A DNA stretch of 61,907 nucleotides, counting the filler, from Porpidia crustulata (taxonomy: Eukaryota), in the NCBI GenBank assembly GCA_964255105.1. It is 21 parts of 21 records of this genome, joined end to end, with 100 filler letters (N's around TTAATTAATTAA, not from the genome) between each part and the next. Parts side by side here need not be neighbours in the genome. Positions count along the whole stretch, not along the records: positions 50,542 to 53,345 come from CAXUWE010002396.1; positions 53,446 to 56,219 come from CAXUWE010002398.1; positions 56,320 to 59,069 come from CAXUWE010002399.1; positions 59,170 to 61,907 come from CAXUWE010002400.1; 17 more parts are not named here. One strand, 5' to 3'. The position numbers and the translations under genes were made by a program. Of this stretch, positions 53,170 to 61,907 are shown piece by piece. The notes below the pieces were generated by a model that made no database searches, had not been told where the DNA came from, and saw only the letters and a program-made list of their open reading frames with translations. Position 1 is the first letter of the stretch. Every line of letters begins with the position of its first letter.

Positions 53170-53445
53170 GTTGAGAACTCTTCTGAAGATCGTCGACGGG
53201 GTAGACGTTGCTTGAATTTACTCTGAGAAGCACAGACAAGCTGGACCGTTGAGAAGCAATTGAGTGAAGCGTTTTTTCGGTTAAATGGGAGATCATCATT
53301 TTATACTTCGGTTGCAGCGTCATTACCTCAATAGTAGACTTAAGTNNNNNNNNNNNNNNNNNNNNNNNNNNNNNNNNNNNNNNNNNNNNTTAATTAATTA
53401 ANNNNNNNNNNNNNNNNNNNNNNNNNNNNNNNNNNNNNNNNNNNN

Positions 53446-53895
53446 GGCCACGGTTGGGGGCTCCCATCGTCATTTTGATATGCAGAAGGCTCAAACTGTT
53501 GCGAAAGAAAGTTTCTTGCTCTTCTCTTTTTCTGAGTGTCCATGGCTTTGGCAGAGGTAGGGGTTGTGGTGGTAACCGTGCCGTCTGACGTTGCCAGTTC
53601 CAATAGTTTCACAGGTCCCGGATCATAAAAGCCCTTGTATGCCCATTGGCTGAAGCGAATAAATGTCCATTCATCAACATCGTCGAGGACTGCCCAGCCT
53701 CTTTGGCCTTCTGACATAGCACCATTGATCATACGACCAAGTGGTTTCGAGTGGTGAGTAGCCAATGTTGCAGGGAAGTAAAAGGACGTGCCTCCCACGA
53801 GAAAATGGAAGGGCTTCGACGTGAAGATTCTGCGTAATTAGCAAAGCTATAGGACAAACAGAGGATGGTAATTACAGTTTTTCGAACAGAGACAT
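53446..53895 (-). CDS. BTB/POZ-domain protein, 3' truncated
   Basis: IFTSKPFHFLVGG...HSKPLGRMINGAMSEGQRGWAVLDDVDEWTFIRFSQWAYKGFY, a fungal BTB pattern; one intron. Confidence 0.78.
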
Positions 53896-54398
53896 CTATT
53901 CGAGGTCAGAGGATGCCAGAAAGTGCTAAAGCTTTGCTTACTTTGTGAACTGCGTCGATCTCAATACTTCGAATTTATCCCAATCTCATCCAGGAAATAC
54001 TATGCGTAAGAGTAGAAGGTTTTAGAGTAATAGAGGTAGGGTACCTAGTCTGCATTGAGGGTGGTGAGGTTTCTGTAAACAAAGACGTGGTGATCTTAGG
54101 ATAGAGACAATTTGTAAGGCTGGTTCAGTTGTTTGCTATTTGGTTGTGTTGAGCCCTGACATGACAACCCCTCACTACATCTTGATCGTAGGTCAAAGGG
54201 ATACCTTTGAAAATATCGTTGCAGACCTCATATCTTCTCTCATCAGAAGATGCAAATCGACCATGGTTCGAAAGCCTTCACTTGTGTGATGTCCGGAACA
54301 TAAGTTGAGTTACTTAGCTCCATAAGTCATCTGAGGCGGACGATTCTTGGTTTGTTGATCGTAGAAGAAAGGATATTGGATTTTTGCAGATTTCCCAA

Positions 54399-55406
54399 TC
54401 ACACGGACGATTGTTGCACCTTATTCTGACGAGGTTGGCGCCGCCTTTGCTCTACCTTTTTCATATAATTGAAAGATTTCTGCACGTTATAGTATACCAA
54501 TACCAGCAGAACAAATATCACAAAGGTCCCAACAATTACAGGTGTAAGAATTGAAAAAATTGTAAAGCCGTAGGAGGCATTCTGAAACCTCGAGCTCCCT
54601 TTAAGCTGATCGGTAGCCAGACCGACTTGCATGGCGGACAGAACAACGGTTATGTAGAGAAGAGCGACGGCTAGCCACGCAAAGTTTAGACTCAAGAAGA
54701 CGCTGAAACGGTTATATCGATACATGTACCCTTCTACAAAACTTCGCAAGGTCAATCGATAAATCCAATTGACCCTAAAGAGCCGAATTTCCCCGTATTG
54801 ATAACGTTCGTTCACATTGCTAAGACTTTCGTAATCGATCGCATCAAGTACGGCGTGGATGAATGATATCCAATCGACCCATGTCATCCAAGTTGGAAGC
54901 AAACCATGGTCCTTCGCAATTTTAAGATCACTTTGGTAGCAGACGAGCCAGGTATATGACAGAAGAAGGCCGCAAGCATTCCGATGAACGTTCACGTCGT
55001 CACATAAATTTTCTGTCCAGAAGGCATGATCCATCAAGAACTCCGGCAGCGGTTTGATGAAGATTTGGGTCTCTTGCCAGAGAAGATGGATATCCATTTG
55101 CTCCGTGACTAATATGTCGCGGCCCAACATCTTTTGCTTACACAAGGGTCGAGCACACATCGGACGGCCGGCCATCCATAGCCATTCGTGAATATCATTT
55201 AGTCGCGAGACATCCAATTCCAACTTGATGTACTCTCGAAGGCTGTCCGGTCGTATTCGCACGGTCTTACTTTCCTTGTTTTGAAAAACAGCAGGAAGAT
55301 TAGACGAGCGCGGTTTGTCCAGTAGCTCGCCCGCATTGTCCTGATTGGGACGATAAAGACTTTTTAATTCGATGAGGCTGTCTTCGCGGAGAAATGGAGG
55401 GCTCAA
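54399..55406 (-). CDS. DUF6601-like fungal membrane protein (start uncertain)
   Basis: ELDVSRLNDIHEWLWMAGRP, IFIKPLPEFL, LLLSYTWLV, RYQYGEIRL, VVLSAMQVGLAT, two C-terminal TM segments; no in-frame ATG directly upstream without crossing a TAG. Confidence 0.75.
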   Translation of the reverse strand: MSPPFLREDSLIELKSLYRPNQDNAGELLDKPRSSNLPAVFQNKESKTVRIRPDSLREYIKLELDVSRLNDIHEWLWMAGRPMCARPLCKQKMLGRDILVTEQMDIHLLWQETQIFIKPLPEFLMDHAFWTENLCDDVNVHRNACGLLLSYTWLVCYQSDLKIAKDHGLLPTWMTWVDWISFIHAVLDAIDYESLSNVNERYQYGEIRLFRVNWIYRLTLRSFVEGYMYRYNRFSVFLSLNFAWLAVALLYITVVLSAMQVGLATDQLKGSSRFQNASYGFTIFSILTPVIVGTFVIFVLLVLVYYNVQKSFNYMKKVEQRRRQPRQNKVQQSSV

Positions 55407-56054
55407 GTGCTCGCCAGAAGTCAGTGTGAGAGTGGACTATGTTAGGAGGCGTGAAGTAGTCATACCACATTTTTCTCCGTGTCTTTCGACATGTTCTCCG
55501 TAGTCTGTGGTGGTCAACTGATGAGGCTACCTTACTCGAAGACTTGGACTTGATGGCGTTCACCCAGATCACGCTAATGAATACTTGCATGCACACCTAC
55601 GCTAGTCGAGATTGAGTGCAGTACTCTAGGGTAATCCTCGAAGTCATCCTAGTCAAATCTCGACCGACGTCTCTTACATCCCAAGTGAGTTTAGTGATGC
55701 CCTTCATACGATGAGAATCAACCTCCAGGCGGTAAAAAAGGTACGAGAAAAACGCACCGTGATAAGTCAAGGGAGTAGCGTTGAAGGAAAAGGGTCTTCC
55801 TAACTTTGGTATCTGAGGGAGGACCTAAGGAAACGGGTAGCCTTTGATAGAGATTAGAGATGGAACGTTCACAAGCGCGAGTAAGCGCGAGTAAAGATCC
55901 CCTTGAATGCTACTCTATATGATGTCATATCTATCAGCACGGCGGAAACTGCCCGCTTGTCCAAAGTAACTAAACCATGCACTTCGCTGTGGCACTTCCC
56001 CAATAAAAATGATTTACTCGTAACCCGTTGCCTGGTTCTCATTAATTCTGTGAC

Positions 56055-56219
56055 ATGCGCCCACGACCACGGAGTATCCTCTCCCTCACCCGCTCCCTCC
56101 ACACCACCACATCCCTCCGCCTTCGCCAAAAATCATCCCCGCAAGACGATTATTACTCTCTCCTCCTCTCCTCATCTCTCCCCACCACACCGCCTCTTCC
56201 TCCCGCAGTCGCCTCACCG
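56055..56219 (+). CDS. N-terminus of a probable mitochondrial protein, truncated
   Basis: MRPRPRSILSLTRSLHTTTSLRLRQ: Arg/Ser-rich and acid-free, with an R-x-L-H cleavage-like motif. Confidence 0.45.
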
Positions 56220-56319
56220 NNNNNNNNNNNNNNNNNNNNNNNNNNNNNNNNNNNNNNNNNNNNTTAATTAATTAANNNNNNNNNNNNNNNNNNNNNNNNN
56301 NNNNNNNNNNNNNNNNNNN

Positions 56320-56422
56320 GAGAAAGGGGTTTAGGAGGAGCTTACGAGAGGAATGTGGATTTACCGCATTCTGGGTCGCCGAGTAGAAGGATCGAGACTG
56401 TAGGGGTCTCGCGATCCTCCAT
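56320..56422 (-). CDS. First exon of a Rho-like small GTPase, truncated
   Basis: MEDRETPTVSILLLGDPECGKSTFLS (P-loop) followed by a GTAAGC donor. Confidence 0.65.
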
Positions 56423-56701
56423 CAGTTGTTGTTTTGCAAGAGACTGCGCATCATTGGGGATGCGCCTGGCGTTGGACCCGGCGGAGATCGTTGCGGGAGC
56501 GGAGCGATAGCCGAGGTTTTTTTTTTTAGGTTTTCGAGAGCTGGTCCCCAAGACAGCAATTCCAGCTCTGAGGGTATGATCGCATGCTTGACCACTCCTA
56601 GTAGGGTGATAGGAAGGCCTAATTTGTGTGGACTCGGCAAAATAAATGTGAAGGTCCGATACTGCTCGCAGCTGCCTATAGCTGAAAGGGCGAGCTCCAC
56701 C

Positions 56702-58531
56702 ATGGGAAGCCGAACAGGCTATTCGGACTGGAGCACCGAGCAGCTTATTGAGCGGGTTACAAATTTGGAGAAACAGTTGAAAGACCAGACGGCTAGGTGG
56801 ACATATATATAGCCATCAACTGAATTGCTCAAATTGCTAAATTATAGCAGATACCAATCCCAAAACTCTACTTCTCCATCACCAAGACCCAAGAACTCCC
56901 GTGTCAATCGAGAATTTGATCCTGCCAAGTACAACAAACGGTTTATCGCCTTAAAGTTTGCATATCTAGGGCAGCGCTACAACGGTCTTGAATATCACCC
57001 GAACAACAAAACGCCCCTCATCACAATCGAAGAGGAGCTATGGAAAGCATTGATGAAAGCACGCTTGATTTTTCCAACGCCAAAATCTTCGCTCAACGAT
57101 GGTGAGGTGAATTGGGAAGGCTGTGAGTTTTCGAAGTCTGGGAGGACCGATAAAGGGGTCAGTGCTTTTGGTCAAGTTGTCGGGATCAAGGTCAGGAGTA
57201 ATCGGCCTCTTGATGTAGTCAAGTCGAATGCATCGGATAAGACGCAGCTGATAAACGGGCAACAAGAGAGCTCTGGAGTCTACTCGTCGCCTGTTCGGGA
57301 GCTCGAAGATGCAGGAGGCCCTGGACCATCATCGTTGATCAACCCAGAGAACGAAAGCTCAATATCTTTTGATCACATAAACGACGAGATTCCATATCCC
57401 CAGATTCTCAACCGACTTCTCCCTCCCGACATCCGAATTCTAGCGTGGTGTCCTTCTCCACCCGCAGATTTCTCAGCTCGATTCTCCTGCCGAGAGCGTC
57501 GGTACAAGTACTTCTTTACAAATCCAGCGTTCACCCCAACTTACGGATCAGCTGGTCTCTGTGATAATGCGGTAACTGCCACGGTAGCTGGAAATCGAAT
57601 AAGGCAGGGATGGCTGGACATTGAAGCGATGAGGGAAGCTGCCAAGAAATTCGTGGGCCTTCATGATTTCCGCAATTTCTGCAAAGTGGATCCGAGCAAG
57701 CAGACGGATAATTTCCAGAGGAGAATTTTCCATGCCGATATCGAGGAAATTGATCTAAGGACAGGCCCAGTGGGATATGTCGGGCTGCCGGGTTTCGAAG
57801 AACATGAACACTCAGATAGAATTACATCTGAAGGGCTAGCAAGGCTCAACCACACCCCAAGAATATTCACTTTCACGCTTCACGGCTCGGCATTTCTATG
57901 GCATCAAGTCAGATGTATGGCTGCAATCTTGTTCCTCATCGGCCAAGGTTTGGAATTGCCAAATCTCGTCGACAGACTTCTCGACGTGCAAAAAATCCCC
58001 GGAAAGCCCACATACGAGATGGCTGAGGACGCTCCTCTTGTACTCTGGGACTGCATATTTCCCCAGGAAGGAATTGACAACCGAGAGGACGCGCTCGAGT
58101 GGGTATACGTCGGCGATGATAACACGGGCCTTACACATAGCCATAACGGAGCAACTAACAACAAGAGAAACGGCAAGCACGGATTAGGCGGCGTCGTCGA
58201 CGACCTATGGAAAGTATGGCGGCAGCGGAAGATGGATGAGATCTTAGCCGGTACCTTGCTTGATGTCGTTGCCGGCCAAGGCCACGATACCTCGTCCCCT
58301 GGTGATACAAAAGGAGCGGGATCGTTCAGCCAGAAAGTATTCCAGGGAGGCAACAGTCCCCGTCTCGTGGGCGCTAGCTATATTCCCGTGCTTATGAAGC
58401 CGCGGTTGGATCCTGTGGAAGATGTTAATGCGCGATATGCGGGGAGGAAAGGGTTTGAGCGGCAAGAGGAGATTAGAGAGAGGGGGTCTCGGAGTGTACT
58501 GGATGCTCGAAGTGATGATTTGGGTGATTGA
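56702..58531 (+). CDS. DEG1: tRNA pseudouridine 38/39 synthase (TruA family)
   Basis: RFIALKFAYLGQRYNG, GRTDKGVSAFGQV, LNRLLPPDIRILAW, FSARFSCRERRYKYFF, GLHDFRNFCK, GSAFLWHQVRCM. Confidence 0.93.
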
Positions 58532-61035
58532 TTGTTGCACAGATTTTCTAAGTGGATCATGGACGATGAGGCTAAGTGAGGAAATTAAATGGTGGGCAAG
58601 AAGCAGAAGAAGTCAAATAGTGAAGTATAAACGAGGATGCAATATTTCGTCTCATAGCTATTAAAGACTCATAAACCCGGAATCTGCAATTCCGTACTTC
58701 CTAGAACTACAAGGTGAAGCACCCAGAGCCGCCTGCACCGTTTCCAATGTTTTGGGATAGCGATGGGATTGGTGATGACTGATGGTTATTTGTTGGAAGG
58801 GGTGGTTTTGTGGCGATGGATTTTTTTTTTCAACAATCCAATGACCATGTTGTGTATGGGGTTAGTCTTTGTAAGATTGTATACTCAATACCTTAGTACA
58901 TCTAGCGGGATCAGTCTATATCATCGCTATATCTAAGAATCCTACAATTCGTCCATCTATACCAAACCATCCACCGAAGTAATGTCACAGATGCCTAATC
59001 ATCTTCACGGTAGCCATGAGACCCATCACAAAACCCAACCCTACCACCCCCCCGTTCTTTTCCTTCCCCNNNNNNNNNNNNNNNNNNNNNNNNNNNNNNN
59101 NNNNNNNNNNNNNTTAATTAATTAANNNNNNNNNNNNNNNNNNNNNNNNNNNNNNNNNNNNNNNNNNNNAAACACACAGGCTTAATTGCTATCAGAAGAT
59201 GCCGAGTGAAAAGCAAAGATGAGGGTATGGAGATGCTTATTAAGTGATTGTATCGTAGAAAGATTGTTGGATAGAGAACAAGCATGCGGACAGGTTGGGA
59301 GGACGATATTATATAGCCATGGACACCTCTTCTCGAGACCTACCTTCCTTCCCTCGGCCATGGAGGGCCGATGACTCTCCAAATTTTGCTGGGGAAGCAA
59401 GAATAGCCCTTTCCCCAAGGCTTTCTACTGCCGTGTGGGGCCATTTGCGGCTACTTTCGACTACGCTCTCTTTGAGACTTACCCCAAATATTGAGGCCGC
59501 GGTGAGTGGAAGGGAGACCAAGTCGACACCCTCGGTTGGACGATTGGATAGGGTAAAGAACCACGGAGCCAATAGTGCTGTCAGCCCACCACTCCTAGCT
59601 CGACCTGTTCAAGTGTCGTCCAAGCTATCCCAAGCACATCCCAGCCCTTCAAGCGAACTCTGGCTTTCGTTCCTGTCCCTGACCTCGGATGGTTTGGTCT
59701 TCTCCATGCTAACCGCATGTAATGTAGAGCTGCCGGTGATTTGCTACTAGCGCGTCTCTAGCGTTTTGTGGGGAAGCCAGAAGTACCGGGGAATGTCTGG
59801 CGCTAAATTGGATACGAGCATTGACAGAACGGCTCAACGACCCCCATCCAGGAATCACCGCCCGTTAGCTTCAACCCTCTTCCGATGTCTCATTGCAGTC
59901 TTTACTTAGGACGAATAGTTCGGTATGCCTTCTGGCGCGATGGCGTCGGCATTCTCGACGCGAATAGGGACATGTGAATATCTCCGGTCATTTGAGCCTC
60001 GGATCTAGAGATATGGAGCATCATTGGGTAGAAATGGTAAATGAGCCCCTACTGGAAGATCTTATTTTTATCAAAGGAGGTGAACTTTTCATCGTGGATG
60101 AGCCAAGCATGAACAACAATGGCTGGCGAAGGCAGCGAGATGCGGGTCGAGTCGCATTCAATAAGTCGATCGAGATCGTATACGCCGGTCAGGTTTTCGC
60201 ATGCAAGAAAACCGAGAGCTATTTCTCCTAGCTAGTAGAGAGATTTGAGCCTACCGACCGAGCAGTCATGACCACATACGGGTCTGGCTGCCATCAAGAC
60301 AATTGCCAAAGCATGGACTTATGGTGTAGAGCCAGCCTTGGCCATGTAACCGAGTTTGTATCCTACTCCGCGCCACCAGGATACCGCTCCGTGCGATAGA
60401 CAGCCAGGTAAATCTTAGATATCTCTTACTGTCTTCCTCAGCGTTTTCTTTAGACTGCAGAAGGAGTGCTACCATTCATCACCACTTCCATTGGTGTCAT
60501 ACCTCCATACTGAGTCTTGAGTGAGTGTGGTTGTCTCATCTCTATCATCAGCTGTATTCCAATTTAGACAAAGAGCCTTAGGGGCCATATCCGTGCGTTG
60601 ACTATTGCTACGGGAGAAATGCCGTATGGGGAAGACATCAATACTAGGGCTACCGAACGTGTAGAATTCGCACGTGAGGTGCGGTTAGAAGGTAGACTTG
60701 CCTCGGTATCGACGCCCTTCTGCTGCTTCCATCTTGAAGGTGTCTCTATTGGCATTGATACTCTTTCCTATCTTTGATCTTTGGGTCCAGGCCATATTGG
60801 TGACTGGACTTGATAATCTTTACTTTCGTCTCTCCGCTTCGACCACATCCCTCGGCCGCATCAACTGGAGGTGGAGGTTAGTTTCGTAGTGAATAGGATC
60901 GCGTTCAAAGACCGGGTACATATACCAACCGGGTGGCTCGAGCTTGGTTGCCCGAAGTATCTGACTACGCTTGTAGGTATTTCTCTGTACGGATAAGTTC
61001 TGCCTGTTGTGTGCCTGCATCAAAGGAAACCAATC

Positions 61036-61907
61036 ATGGCTTTGACAACAGAAGCAAAGGCACCGCACACGGAGTATGTGGAGGATGTTGGGTTTGGGAA
61101 CAGAAAGCCAACCTTTGGTCAAAAGCTCAAGGCTCACTTGAGAAAGTGGTGGTGGGCTCATCTGATGATCTTCGTTGCGTCGACACTCACAATTGTTCTT
61201 TGTTTGTGAGTCCTCGCGCCCTTTGGTCTTCTGCATCGACTTTTTGAAAGACTATCAATGCACAAATTTGAATACGTAAAAGTCGGACTGACACAAACCG
61301 CAGAATTTATGTTGCATTCCCACGGATATCTCAGAATGGAATCAACGACTCCACCATCGAGGTACAGTCCTTAGTGCTGTCCGATCCCACCCCAGACTCT
61401 TTCCATCTCAAACAAACCGCCATACTTGGCAACAAAAGCCCTTATCACCCTCGACTCGACGCTTTCAATGCCTCATTATCCCTTGCCGGCCCTGTCATCA
61501 AGCCTTATGCCTATGTCAACATCCCAGCGATCTTTGCAAGTGACCCTGCTACCACTGTGATTGATCAAGATGTCAGCATCACCGACAACGACCAATTCGC
61601 CAATTACACCGCCACAGTGCTCAGTAGCGAATCCCTTTCACTCGCAATCAACGGCAGGACAAAACTCCACGAGATGGCGTTTCCCGCCACAATGGTCGAC
61701 TACAACAAAGTGGTTACCATGAAGGGTAAGCAGCCATTGACCCCGTCAAAATCAATCCTACTGATCCAAAACCATCAGGCCTGAACAAACTCAAGGGCTT
61801 CAACATCACCGATTTCTCCATCAAACTCACCCCCGACCCCGACGGCACCAACATGGTCGGAACCGTCTACATCCCCAATCCAACTGTCATGACAATCTCA
61901 ATGGTAA
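61036..61907 (+). CDS. DUF3712 family single-pass membrane protein, runs off the window
   Basis: KAHLRKWWWAHL followed by a TM segment, PTPDSFHL, YNKVVTMKG|LNKLKGFNI, DGTNMVGTVYIPNPTVMTISM; introns. Confidence 0.82.

Noticed and set aside
57130..57175. DEG1 motif SGRTD instead of CGRTD
   Set aside because: The catalytic Asp and Arg are intact, and small residues vary at this position in the TruA family.
59170..61000. Several 60-150 aa ORFs upstream of the DUF3712 gene
   Set aside because: No family features; consistent with chance ORFs in a long intergenic or 5' region.

Overview
This is eukaryotic DNA from a filamentous ascomycete (Pezizomycotina; a lichen-forming lineage is possible but only inferred). 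Genes carry short GT-AG introns with CTRAC branch sites. The window is not one continuous locus. It is 21 contigs of about 2.75-2.93 kb, mostly in descending size order, joined by an artificial 100-nt linker (44N + TTAATTAATTAA + 44N), so gene adjacency across linkers means nothing. Housekeeping genes: TIF6, BET5, TRM82, RPP0, a kinesin-3, RVB1, RPS12, a GID4/VID24-family gene, a BSD protein, IND1 and DEG1. Other protein genes: an OTU protease, MFS allantoate permease, aldo-keto reductase, GMC oxidoreductase, cyclase-family, BTB, F-box-like, DUF6601-like and DUF3712 proteins. There are two adjacent 5S rRNA genes. Accessory content: a disrupted patatin-NB-ARC-TPR NLR, a second patatin gene, an NLR N-terminus, a divergent MADS-like ORF, a Tc1/mariner relic, two families of Fot1/pogo-type terminal repeats, and a decayed gene joining a GIY-YIG-like nuclease motif to a GATA-like zinc finger.
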